From the IMG/VR virus record IMGVR_UViG_3300030106_001611, positions 1 through 53,319 of that record: DNA of 53,319 nt; one strand, given 5' to 3'. Origin of the DNA: a virus (taxonomy: Duplodnaviria; Caudoviricetes). The notes under the pieces were generated by a model. That model was given only the letters and a program-made list of their open reading frames with translations, had not been told where the DNA came from and made no database searches. Position numbers and translations under genes: made by a program. This document shows positions 16,246 through 24,854 of this stretch, piece after piece. Each line of letters starts with the position of its first letter. Position 1 is the stretch's first letter.

Positions 16246-17235
16246 ATGGCTTTCGGTACTGCTGCGGGTTATGGTAACCTGCCTTCCGGTAATTTTGCAC
16301 CGGAAATCTTTAGCCAAAAAGTTCTCAAATTCTTTCGTCGCGCTTCGGTTGTTGAAGACATTACGAACACTGACTATGCTGGCGAGATTGAGAACTTTGG
16401 CGATACGGTTCGTATCATAAAAGAACCTACCGTAACAGTTGCCTCGTACACACGAGGTTCTGTAGTGAACCCACAAGACTTGGCTGACGACCAAATTACA
16501 ATGACCGTTGACCAAGCTAATGCGTTCGCGTTCAAAATCGACGACATTGAAGAGCGTCATTCGCACGTAAACTTCGAGGCACTTGCCACCTCTTCGGGTG
16601 CATTTGCTCTGAAGCGTAAGTACGATAAGACTGTTCTTCAGGCTATGTCTGATGGTGCTGGTATTGCAGCTTCTGCTGTAACTGGCACAACTCTGACCAC
16701 GACTGCTGCTGCTGGTACTCTTGGTACTGCAAACGCACCTATCAACATTGAGACAGATGATAACGGCATCAACCTGATGCTTGCAATGGCCCGTCTCCTT
16801 GATGATGAGTCTGTGCCAGAAGAGAACCGCTGGTTTGTTGCACCTCCAATTTTCTACGAGAAGTGTTTCCAAGCCGGAAATAAAATTGCTGAAGTACAGG
16901 TTACTGGTGACGGTACATCTCCACTTCGCAATGGTCTTGCAACTGTTGGCACACTTGCTGGCTTCCGTTGCTACAAGTCAACTGCGCTTAACAGCACAGG
17001 CGGCACAGACCAAGTGACTTTGACTGACGCATCTGCAACTCTCGCAACCGACGGTTCTGAGAACATTGTTCTTGCTGGTCACATGTCATCCACCTCTACT
17101 GCTTCGCACATTGCGAAAACAGAAGTGGTTCGTTCAACTGAATCGTTCTCCGACGTTATTCGTGGACTGCATGTTTTTGGGCAAAAAGTATTACGCCAAG
17201 AAGCAATCGTTCGCGGCGTTGTAGACTTTGCGTAA
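16246..17235 (+). CDS. Major capsid protein
   Basis: NFAPEIFSQKVL...ITNTDYAGEI..FGDTVRI...RGLHVFG. Confidence 0.9.
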   Translation: MAFGTAAGYGNLPSGNFAPEIFSQKVLKFFRRASVVEDITNTDYAGEIENFGDTVRIIKEPTVTVASYTRGSVVNPQDLADDQITMTVDQANAFAFKIDDIEERHSHVNFEALATSSGAFALKRKYDKTVLQAMSDGAGIAASAVTGTTLTTTAAAGTLGTANAPINIETDDNGINLMLAMARLLDDESVPEENRWFVAPPIFYEKCFQAGNKIAEVQVTGDGTSPLRNGLATVGTLAGFRCYKSTALNSTGGTDQVTLTDASATLATDGSENIVLAGHMSSTSTASHIAKTEVVRSTESFSDVIRGLHVFGQKVLRQEAIVRGVVDFA

Positions 17236-17248
17236 GGGAGGCTGACTA

Positions 17249-17722
17249 ATGGCTACTATTGATAGAACTCCTAACGGTGGAACTGTTGGACATCCAGCAA
17301 ACGTTGCTGTTCCTTACGTGATGACTTCCCAAGTCCATGACACCGCTGATGGTGGTACAGGGGGCGACGTTGTTCAGTTGATTGACGTTCCTGCTGATAC
17401 CATGATTGTTGCTGGTGCTCTGGAAGTTTTGGAAGCACGTGGTAATGGACAGATTACTCTGGACGTTGGTTTCACTGGCGGTGATGTGGACTGTTTTGTT
17501 GACGGTTCTGCTTGCGCTGCTGGTTTCACACCATTTTTAGAGGCTGCAGTAGGTGCGTCTGGCTCCAACGCCCGTATCCTGACTTCTGCAGACACTATTG
17601 ACGCTCTCATTCTTGATGGCGGCTCTAGCGGTGAATCTGCATTGCGTTTCCGCATTCACGTGGTTCTTGCTGATATTTCCAAGAACCCTGTAGAATCTGC
17701 TACAGTTTCTACTGGAACATAA
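17249..17722 (+). CDS. Putative capsid decoration/minor capsid protein
   Basis: Beta-rich 157 aa after the capsid gene and before a terminator; strong RBS. Confidence 0.6.
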   Translation: MATIDRTPNGGTVGHPANVAVPYVMTSQVHDTADGGTGGDVVQLIDVPADTMIVAGALEVLEARGNGQITLDVGFTGGDVDCFVDGSACAAGFTPFLEAAVGASGSNARILTSADTIDALILDGGSSGESALRFRIHVVLADISKNPVESATVSTGT

Positions 17723-17729
17723 TACTATT

Positions 17730-17762
17730 GGGGGCAGGGCAGAATTTTGTTTTGCCCCCTTT
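17730..17762 (+). terminator. Hairpin terminator after the capsid genes
   Basis: 13-bp stem GGGGGCAGGGCAG/TTGTTTTGCCCCC, short T tail. Confidence 0.65.
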
Positions 17763-17788
17763 ACAACCCGGCGAAAATATGATATAAG
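17760..17788 (+). promoter_or_regulatory. sigma70 promoter
   Basis: TTTACA-17 bp-TATAAG with an extended TG. Confidence 0.55.
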
Positions 17789-17814
17789 CGTGTAAACCTG
17801 CCGGGAGATATACC

Positions 17815-18450
17815 ATGTTATTACAACTACTATCCGAACAAGAAGTACAATATTGCGTAGAAAACTGGGGCACTAAAGAGGATGGTGCGAAGACACAGCC
17901 TCTGTCAGACAGTGAAGATTTAAAAAAGAACACAGAGTCGCCTGACATGACACCCGAAGTAAGGCAACTCGTATCAACAAGAATATACAGCAACCCTTAC
18001 ATAGACTCAGTAGTTTGTCCAAACAAAGTATCGGTAAACTTTTACAATGAGTATGAAGAGGGGGGCTTCTACAAAAAGCATATAGATACGTTTCGTGCCG
18101 CACCTAGAAGCAACAACGTCTACTTTGATTACGGGTTTTCATTAGGTCTTAGTGACGATTACGAGGGTGGGGAGTTTGTTCTAAATAACGATGTGGGTGA
18201 AATAAACTACACAATTGGAAAGGGACAACTACTTATATTCCCGATTATATACCCTCACGGGGTAAAGCCGATAACAAAAGGTTCGCGTAAAGCAATCATA
18301 GGTTGGATGTCAAGCAACGTTTCTTACGAACAAAGCTACATACTAAAGAACTTGTTTGAAATAAACGCAAGCTTTTTAAAAGAAGAAAACCCGATGGCTC
18401 TCAAGTCAACATTGGTACAAAATTATTTAGCTAAACATTGGGGTAAATAA
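17815..18450 (+). CDS. 2OG-Fe(II) oxygenase, PKHD/PiuC-like
   Basis: HID, DYEGGEF, PHGVKPITKGSR. Confidence 0.85.
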   Translation: MLLQLLSEQEVQYCVENWGTKEDGAKTQPLSDSEDLKKNTESPDMTPEVRQLVSTRIYSNPYIDSVVCPNKVSVNFYNEYEEGGFYKKHIDTFRAAPRSNNVYFDYGFSLGLSDDYEGGEFVLNNDVGEINYTIGKGQLLIFPIIYPHGVKPITKGSRKAIIGWMSSNVSYEQSYILKNLFEINASFLKEENPMALKSTLVQNYLAKHWGK

Positions 18451-18629
18451 TGGCACCTAGAAAAAAAGCTACACCAAAAAAGAAATCAAAAAGCCCTACG
18501 CCAAAAAACAAGGCACTTTACGCACGAGTAAAGGCAGAGGCTAAACGTAAGTTTGACGTGTACCCAAGCGCATATGCAAATGCTTGGCTAGTTAAAACCT
18601 ACAAGAAACGTGGCGGGACGTATGCCTAA
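18450..18629 (+). CDS. 59-aa basic protein, DUF5872-like (not in the ORF track)
   Basis: TAATG coupling on both sides; NKALYARVKAEAKRKFDVYPSAYANAW...YKKRGG. Confidence 0.8.
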   Translation: MAPRKKATPKKKSKSPTPKNKALYARVKAEAKRKFDVYPSAYANAWLVKTYKKRGGTYA

Positions 18630-18883
18630 TGGCTAAACCAAAAGGTGGCTTAACTAAATGGTTCAAGGAAGATTGGCGGGATGTAAAGACTGGCAAGAAA
18701 TGCGGTCGCTCTGGTTCAGAGAAAAAGAAACGTCCTTATCCGGCCTGTAGACCCGCTAAAGTTGCTGGACGTATAAGTAAGAAAGAAGCGGCTAAAAAAA
18801 CAGGACCGCGCAAAGTAAAATGGTCTGTCACTGCTTCAGGAAGAAAAAGAAGTAGTGGACGAAAGTCAAAATCCAAGGCATAA
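18629..18883 (+). CDS. Basic protein, DUF5872-like
   Basis: GLTKWFKEDW...CGRS...YPACRP. Confidence 0.75.
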   Translation: MAKPKGGLTKWFKEDWRDVKTGKKCGRSGSEKKKRPYPACRPAKVAGRISKKEAAKKTGPRKVKWSVTASGRKRSSGRKSKSKA

Positions 18884-18904
18884 TGGCATCAAAGGAGATG
18901 CCTT

Positions 18905-19570
18905 ATGAATTATATTACAAGTAACATACCTTATTTTAAAGCTTGGGTACGTAGAGAATATACCACGAATTTTGACCGTTATCAAGGTGAATTTCTTCAC
19001 GCAATGGTGATAGCCGTCACCACACTACCCATGAAAACTCTGTCTTTTCAGGTTATGTTTACCGGATGTGAGGACGAAGAGAATAATGTACATGGTGGGG
19101 CTATGTGGGCACGGATGCCTCTAACGGCTCTTGTAGGTGACACACCCTTTGAAGAGTGGCCTACACCAATGCCAACCTACTTGGCTCAACCGTGGGATTG
19201 TCAATCACACCATCATTCGGTGTTTGTTTTGAATAGAGCTACTCCCTGCCCGTGGTTGGCTAAGATAGACGGGGAGTTCTACCCAGCAAAATACTACTTC
19301 ACAATCGACTATACAGATACAGAAGTAGCAGATGACCCAGCCCAACACAAACAAAGCCACGTGTTAGAATTGATGGATGCTGGTGAGTGGACAGGCAACA
19401 TAGTTGCACTGCCAAACAACAGAGTAAGGGTCACGAACCCTGCTTGGTTTGTAACGGGCGATGGCCCACCGGACTTCACTCCTAGTCAGTGGGTTCACCA
19501 TTCTAAACAAGACCCGAACTATGTAGAGGATACAGCGCGGGTATTTGATAATCTATACGCGGAGAAGTAA
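18905..19570 (+). CDS. Conserved marine phage hypothetical protein
   Basis: AAGGAG RBS; GGAMWARMP, QPWDC, QHKQSH, LPNNR. Confidence 0.75.
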   Translation: MNYITSNIPYFKAWVRREYTTNFDRYQGEFLHAMVIAVTTLPMKTLSFQVMFTGCEDEENNVHGGAMWARMPLTALVGDTPFEEWPTPMPTYLAQPWDCQSHHHSVFVLNRATPCPWLAKIDGEFYPAKYYFTIDYTDTEVADDPAQHKQSHVLELMDAGEWTGNIVALPNNRVRVTNPAWFVTGDGPPDFTPSQWVHHSKQDPNYVEDTARVFDNLYAEK

Positions 19571-19571
19571 A

Positions 19572-19931
19572 ATGGCAGAAGGTAAAGAAAAAGCTCTGAT
19601 GGGTATGAACGATGCAGCCCGAAATAGGATTGCTCGTGCTATGAAGAAAGCAGCAAAAGACGCTGCCCCTAGCGGAACAAGACTTAGTGACCAAGACATA
19701 ATGAATGCGCTAAAAGCTTTAGGACAAAATAAAGCTACAGGCGGCAAAATCAAAAAGGCTAAAGGCATGAAGCGTGGCGGCAAAATGAAAGCCAAAGGCA
19801 TGGCTAGAGGCGGCGCGGCTAAAAAAATGGCTAACGGTGGAAAGGCCATGATGAGAAAATCAAAGGGCATGAAGCGTGGCGGCAAAATGAAAGCTAAAGG
19901 CATGGCGCGTGGTGGTAAGGCAAAACGCTAA
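19572..19931 (+). CDS. Lys/Gly/Met-rich repeat protein
   Basis: GGAG RBS; six xxxGG(K/A) units. Confidence 0.75.
   Translation: MAEGKEKALMGMNDAARNRIARAMKKAAKDAAPSGTRLSDQDIMNALKALGQNKATGGKIKKAKGMKRGGKMKAKGMARGGAAKKMANGGKAMMRKSKGMKRGGKMKAKGMARGGKAKR
19764..19906 (+). repeat. 41-bp intragenic direct repeat (19764-19804 and 19866-19906)
   Basis: GGCATGAAGCGTGGCGGCAAAATGAAAGCYAAAGGCATGGC, one mismatch. Confidence 0.9.
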
Positions 19932-20215
19932 TGGCTCGTAAAGCCGATAAGATGCCAGCCCGTAACAAAAAGAACTTTCGTCCAACGAAAGCAGGGGCTG
20001 GTATGACTAAAGCTGGGGTTGCTGCGTATCGTCGCAAAAACCCCGGTTCTAAACTCAAGACTGCCGTAACAGGCAAAGTAAAGCCGGGAAGCAAAGATGC
20101 CAAGCGTCGTAAGTCTTTCTGTGCTCGTTCTGCTGGGCAGATGAAAAAGTTTCCTAAAGCAGCAAAGAATCCTAATAGTCGTTTGCGCCAAGCACGAAAG
20201 AGGTGGAAATGCTAA
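19931..20215 (+). CDS. Basic protein, DUF6321-like
   Basis: NPGSKLKTAV...RRKSFCARS...RKRWKC. Confidence 0.75.
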   Translation: MARKADKMPARNKKNFRPTKAGAGMTKAGVAAYRRKNPGSKLKTAVTGKVKPGSKDAKRRKSFCARSAGQMKKFPKAAKNPNSRLRQARKRWKC

Positions 20216-20592
20216 ACCTACTTGTTGGCCCAATAGCAGACCTAGCTGGGACTTGGTTAAACGGTAAGGTCGAAGAGAAGAAAGCCCAAGCAAAGACACG
20301 GGTAGCCAAAGCAGAAGCAGAGGCTGTCGTTATGCAGAAAAAAGCTACGGGCGAAATAGACTGGGATTTGAAGATGGCTGATGCTTCAGCGTCCAGTTGG
20401 AAAGACGAGTGGCTTGTAATTTTATTCAGCATACCTCTAATTTTAGCCTTCATTCCGGGGATGGAAGATATTGTATCGCGTGGATTTCAACAATTGGAAC
20501 AAATGCCTGAGTGGTACCAGTACAGCTTGGGCGTTATTGTTGCTGCAAGTTTTGGGGTCCGGTCAGCTACAAAGCTCTTCAGTAAGAAATGA
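20203..20592 (+). CDS. Putative holin (GTA 3TM-holin-like)
   Basis: SSWKDEW, TM segments, PEWYQY...ASFGVR; near the endolysin. Confidence 0.65.
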   Translation: MEMLNLLVGPIADLAGTWLNGKVEEKKAQAKTRVAKAEAEAVVMQKKATGEIDWDLKMADASASSWKDEWLVILFSIPLILAFIPGMEDIVSRGFQQLEQMPEWYQYSLGVIVAASFGVRSATKLFSKK

Positions 20593-20804
20593 GACAGTGG
20601 TTAAAAGCCATAATTGAGTACAATGCTATTGCTCGTCTCACTATGATTGCGAGTATAGCAATGTCTTGGCGATGTGCCGAATGGTTTATGAACCTTGAGG
20701 ACCCTACCATGCAACAGAGTGCGTTCGTCTCAGTTATCATGGGCGTGATGACTGGTATATTTGGTATCTGGATGGGGCAAGAAAACAGAGCAAAGAAACA
20801 ATGA
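20589..20804 (+). CDS. Two-TM membrane protein
   Basis: Two hydrophobic helices; ATGA coupling. Confidence 0.65.
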   Translation: MRQWLKAIIEYNAIARLTMIASIAMSWRCAEWFMNLEDPTMQQSAFVSVIMGVMTGIFGIWMGQENRAKKQ

Positions 20805-20995
20805 ACGTAATCATCTGGTCATTAGTGTTGACTATATGCACCGCTGATGGTAAATGTTTTAATCAAACGGTACAGTGGTTCGATAAAGAAAACGAATGTC
20901 TACGATACAAACAAATATATGAGGACATTCCAAAAGATGGCTCTTGGGCATCTGTCGAATACAAGTGCGGAATTATAGGGGCTATGGAAATATGA
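20801..20995 (+). CDS. Small Cys-containing, probably exported protein
   Basis: Hydrophobic N-terminus; FDKENEC...EYKC. Confidence 0.65.
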   Translation: MNVIIWSLVLTICTADGKCFNQTVQWFDKENECLRYKQIYEDIPKDGSWASVEYKCGIIGAMEI

Positions 20996-21477
20996 AGTAC
21001 AATACCTCGCATTTTTTAGATAAACTTATTGAACATGAAGGCATGGTTCTAACGGTATACCAAGATACCCTTGGCATAGACACTATAGGTATAGGTCGTA
21101 ACTTAAAAGACAGAGGTATTAGTAAAGAAGAATTAGACTATATGGATATACCCAGTATAGATGTGATATATGAGCATGGTATAACAGAGGCTGATGCAAG
21201 ATACCTCGCCATGAATGACATTAAAATTGTAGAAAACGAACTTTGTAAAGTCCACCCGTGCGTAGAAGAATTAGATGCGGTTCGTCAACTTATAGTTATG
21301 GACATGGCCTTCAACATGGGAGTTCCCCGCCTCTGTAAATTTAAGAAAATGTGGGCTGCAATAAAAGAACAAAAGTTTGAATCTGCAAGTCTTGAGATGA
21401 TGGATTCGCGTTGGGCACGTCAGGTGGGCCGACGAGCGAGTATACTTTCAGATGCTATGAAAGCAGGGGAATTTTAA
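20992..21477 (+). CDS. Endolysin, T4-lysozyme-like (GH24)
   Basis: HEG...YQDTLG..TIGIGRNL, MAFNMG, SRWARQVGRRA. Confidence 0.9.
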   Translation: MKYNTSHFLDKLIEHEGMVLTVYQDTLGIDTIGIGRNLKDRGISKEELDYMDIPSIDVIYEHGITEADARYLAMNDIKIVENELCKVHPCVEELDAVRQLIVMDMAFNMGVPRLCKFKKMWAAIKEQKFESASLEMMDSRWARQVGRRASILSDAMKAGEF

Positions 21478-21723
21478 ATGTCAAAGGAAATGGTTTGTGG
21501 TGGTAAGAGGTATCGAGTTAGTGATGATGCTAGATGCGTAGATGGTAAAGTAACAGGTTCAGCAAAAACATATTTGGGAAAAGCTGAGAGTCTGGCATCA
21601 CAAATAAATTTTGGGGGTTCTAAGGGTCGTAAAGCTTCCCCTAGCAGTGAAAAAAGTATAGCGGAGTATGCGTCTGACTTTGCCAAAGCAGGCATGAAAT
21701 TAATTACAGGCAAATCAGATTAG
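21478..21723 (+). CDS. Hypothetical protein
   Basis: Operon packing; KGRKASPSSEK motif. Confidence 0.6.
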   Translation: MSKEMVCGGKRYRVSDDARCVDGKVTGSAKTYLGKAESLASQINFGGSKGRKASPSSEKSIAEYASDFAKAGMKLITGKSD

Positions 21724-21915
21724 ATGGCTTTATCATCAAAAATACTACTGTTTTGCATAGTGCTTGGTGATTCGCCTGATAGGTGGGACATGGAAGCAGA
21801 GGTTGTTCAAGAACACGAGTGGATGTCAAGTTGCCATGTAGCAATAACTGAGAACGGGTTCAAAAACCCTAATGATGTTTGTTTTTGTGTTGAAACAGAA
21901 AGTATTAGACGCTAA
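21724..21915 (+). CDS. Small Cys-containing protein
   Basis: Hydrophobic N-terminus; WMSSC...CFC. Confidence 0.55.
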   Translation: MALSSKILLFCIVLGDSPDRWDMEAEVVQEHEWMSSCHVAITENGFKNPNDVCFCVETESIRR

Positions 21916-22997
21916 TGCCACCACGCAATCATAAAGACTGGATTAAGAAACCTAAAGTTGAACATGTTAACTCTTTAATTTATTCTGATTACGGTCTGTA
22001 CGTGCAAGAGTTAGAGAATATCTTTTCTAAAGTTTGGGTGCCTATGTGTCACATCAGTGAGATGCGAAACAAGGGAGACTTTAGAACAACACGCATTGCA
22101 GACAAAAGAGTTATTGCAATCAACATTGATGGTGAACATGTTCAAGCTTATTATAATACTAACGATATTGACCATCGTAAACCTGCTGGAACTATTACCT
22201 ATGATTTTGCTACCGTAGAAAAACCCTTACATTGTGAAGTAAAACATGGCGGTATGGTCTGGGTAACACTAGACCCTAATCCAACGCAGAGTGTAGAAGA
22301 GTGGACGTGCGGCGCATTTGATTGCATTGCAGATGCCATTGACGCAGAAGAACTGGAAGTATTTCACTATCACAAAGCTGTCATAGACACAAACTACAAA
22401 TTATGGCACGATACTAATTCAGAGTTCTATCACGACTTTATGCACTACTTTAATCGTGTTTCAGGATTTAATGATGAGTATTTCGCTAGAAAGAATATTC
22501 CTTTTGATAATGGTCATGTTAACGTCAGCAGCTTCACTGTTAACTATGAAGAGTATGACGGATTTGAAGATAGGGGGGAGTTATCTTTTCCCAATCTGCC
22601 GCCCAACCAGTGGTACATGGTTGACTTATTCCCCGGTTACAACTTTAACCTACGTGGCAGTGCCTATCGCAGTGACAGTGTAACACCACTAGGACCAAAC
22701 AAAGTATTGATTGAGTTCCGTGGTTACGGTTTGCGTAGGGACACAGAAGAAGAAAGACAGACTCGTATCAAGCATCATAACTCCATATGGGGTCCGTTCG
22801 GTCGCAACCTGCACGAAGACCTGATTGGTGTCACAGGCCAAGGTACAACAATGCGAGAGGGTACCGAACCGCGAAACATTTTACACGGACGACACGAAAA
22901 CAGTACAATCCACGATGAAGTAGGTATGCGTCACTACTACAACGAGTGGTCTGAGTGGATGCAGGTAGATGCAAGCAATCCAAAAATAGCGGCTTAA
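21915..22997 (+). CDS. msmA: Ring-hydroxylating oxygenase alpha subunit, methanesulfonate monooxygenase (MsmA)-like, lacking Rieske ligands
   Basis: ELENIFSKVW..MCH.SE...GDF, NYKLWHDTNSEFYHDFMH, LFP, NLHED; no CxH...CxxH. Confidence 0.75.
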   Translation: MPPRNHKDWIKKPKVEHVNSLIYSDYGLYVQELENIFSKVWVPMCHISEMRNKGDFRTTRIADKRVIAINIDGEHVQAYYNTNDIDHRKPAGTITYDFATVEKPLHCEVKHGGMVWVTLDPNPTQSVEEWTCGAFDCIADAIDAEELEVFHYHKAVIDTNYKLWHDTNSEFYHDFMHYFNRVSGFNDEYFARKNIPFDNGHVNVSSFTVNYEEYDGFEDRGELSFPNLPPNQWYMVDLFPGYNFNLRGSAYRSDSVTPLGPNKVLIEFRGYGLRRDTEEERQTRIKHHNSIWGPFGRNLHEDLIGVTGQGTTMREGTEPRNILHGRHENSTIHDEVGMRHYYNEWSEWMQVDASNPKIAA

Positions 22998-22998
22998 A

Positions 22999-23397
22999 AT
23001 GCCAACGAGAGTTAATGAAAATACGGAAGTTGCGTTACCACTACGTAACATAATAGGCATGGTTGCTGCTGCTTCTATAGCAACTTGGGCATACTTCGGT
23101 ATTATAGAAAGACTAAATCAGATAGAAACTAACATCACCATGATGGAATCTGATTTAGCACAGAATACAGAGTTTCGTATAAAGTGGCCTCGTGGCGAGA
23201 TGGGCAGTTTACCAGCGGACAGTGAGCAATTTATGCTTATTGAACATTTGGCTAGTGAACTAGAAAAACTGCAGACAGACATAGAAGGTGGTAAAGCTCC
23301 ATACGACCAGCAGCAGAAACTAACGCTGGAGTTTTATGAAAAGCGCATTACGAGCCTAGAAGAAAATATAGAGAAGCTGCGGAACGGCGATGATTGA
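22999..23397 (+). CDS. TM plus coiled-coil protein
   Basis: N-terminal TM, heptads, FRIKWPRG. Confidence 0.7.
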   Translation: MPTRVNENTEVALPLRNIIGMVAAASIATWAYFGIIERLNQIETNITMMESDLAQNTEFRIKWPRGEMGSLPADSEQFMLIEHLASELEKLQTDIEGGKAPYDQQQKLTLEFYEKRITSLEENIEKLRNGDD

Positions 23398-23596
23398 AGC
23401 TACCTTTGTATTATTACTGGTTATGGCTGGAGAACGGGTAGAATACACGCCTTATCAATCTCTGTCTGAGTGTTTGTCTGTACGCCGTAAAATAAAACGT
23501 AACGTGGGTCCAACCAATAACTTTGACCAAAAGTGGTCGTGTAAAGAGTTAAAGGTAAAAATAAAGGATGGAGAAATAATAGAATTTGTCAATTAA
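23390..23596 (+). CDS. Small Cys-containing, probably exported protein
   Basis: YQSLSEC...KWSC. Confidence 0.65.
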   Translation: MIEATFVLLLVMAGERVEYTPYQSLSECLSVRRKIKRNVGPTNNFDQKWSCKELKVKIKDGEIIEFVN

Positions 23597-23614
23597 ACAA
23601 ATAAGGATAAAATA

Positions 23615-23875
23615 ATGCCTATAACGGTAGAACCAAACGGAAAAAATTATTCTGATACGCCACGTAAAGCTGCTCCTAGTGAAGAACTAAAAGGGGATGA
23701 TGGTGCTAATTCCATGAACACCCGTATTCAAAAACAAAGAATGGACAATCGTGGAAGAATTGCTAAAGGCAGAGTAATAAGAATGACGCCGGGGTTTCCC
23801 TCTACAAGAGATGCTAGAAGTATGTTGAGGAAAAAAAGATTAGCTGAAAAACGTAATGACCCTGTTTCAACCTAA
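23615..23875 (+). CDS. Hypothetical basic protein
   Basis: TAAGGA RBS; PRKAAPSEE motif. Confidence 0.65.
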   Translation: MPITVEPNGKNYSDTPRKAAPSEELKGDDGANSMNTRIQKQRMDNRGRIAKGRVIRMTPGFPSTRDARSMLRKKRLAEKRNDPVST

Positions 23876-23895
23876 CCAACAAACGAGGACAACGA

Positions 23896-24375
23896 ATGAT
23901 TGCAGAAACCCTTGCGGGTATTGCTTTAGTAAAGAGTGCCGTAGACGGGATAAAATCTGCAATAGGAACAGCAAAAGATGTTGGTGAAATTGCAGGGCAC
24001 ATTGACAATCTCTTAACTGGTGAAAAACAAGTACAACAACAGAGGGCCAAGAAGTCTGGTGTCGGTGTAGGTGACCAGTTTGGTATCAAATCTGTTGCAC
24101 AAGAAATCATAGATGCACGACTTGCACAAGAACAAGTTCAAGAAATGCGAACCATGATTGACATGAGATTCGGTCCCGGCACGTGGCAATCCATAGTTGA
24201 CGAACGTGCACGTCGCATAAAAGAAGCAAAAGAAGCAGAGAGAGCGGCAAGGATTCAAGCAAGACGCGAACATGAAGAGTTCATGGAAGGTTTGAAACAG
24301 TCTGCTTTGGTTAGCTTAGTTATAGCAATAGCAATAGGTTTATTCTTTGCATTCCTTGTGTTTCTCCCAAAATAA
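23896..24375 (+). CDS. Membrane-anchored coiled-coil protein
   Basis: Amphipathic N-terminus, C-terminal TM. Confidence 0.7.
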   Translation: MIAETLAGIALVKSAVDGIKSAIGTAKDVGEIAGHIDNLLTGEKQVQQQRAKKSGVGVGDQFGIKSVAQEIIDARLAQEQVQEMRTMIDMRFGPGTWQSIVDERARRIKEAKEAERAARIQARREHEEFMEGLKQSALVSLVIAIAIGLFFAFLVFLPK

Positions 24376-24376
24376 C

Positions 24377-24405
24377 TTGACTAAACAAAGTTTTTAGATT
24401 ATAAT
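24377..24405 (+). promoter_or_regulatory. sigma70 promoter upstream of the tail genes
   Basis: TTGACT-17 bp-TATAAT. Confidence 0.75.
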
Positions 24406-24424
24406 ACTTTCAGGGGGAGAAACT

Positions 24425-24649
24425 ATGAAACAACTTGCAGTAGACGCTCTAAAACATAGATACGAAGGGCAAAAGAAAAGTGCGGAATATGTTATTAAAA
24501 ATTACTTCTTTCATCCGGCGGCAATTGGAGAGCATCCTGACTTGCTTGCAGAAATTGACAAGGCTCTTAAAGATTGGGACGAAGCAAATGGTAAATTGGA
24601 AGCCTTGGAAAACTTTGAAGATGACAGGTATGAAACGTTGTTTGATTAA
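24425..24649 (+). CDS. Conserved phage hypothetical protein
   Basis: GGGGAG RBS; IGEHPDL motif. Confidence 0.7.
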   Translation: MKQLAVDALKHRYEGQKKSAEYVIKNYFFHPAAIGEHPDLLAEIDKALKDWDEANGKLEALENFEDDRYETLFD

Positions 24650-24854
24650 GTACATTGGCTGGGGTTTGCTGTATTGCGGCAAGCCCTTTAGTGCTATTGG
24701 AAATTGGTTTTGGAAAAAACACAGAGCAGTATTAGATTTAAACAAATAATACGGCATCAACCAAAAAATACATTATATAAAAAAGACGACTTGGTTAAGG
24801 TTGCAAACTTACCCGGCGGCATGAAACGATATAAACTAAAAGGCAGTAAAGTAA

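Noticed and set aside
16207-16872. 221-aa antisense ORF and other long antisense ORFs in structural genes
   Set aside because: Shadow frames of strongly biased coding sequence, with no RBS or motifs.
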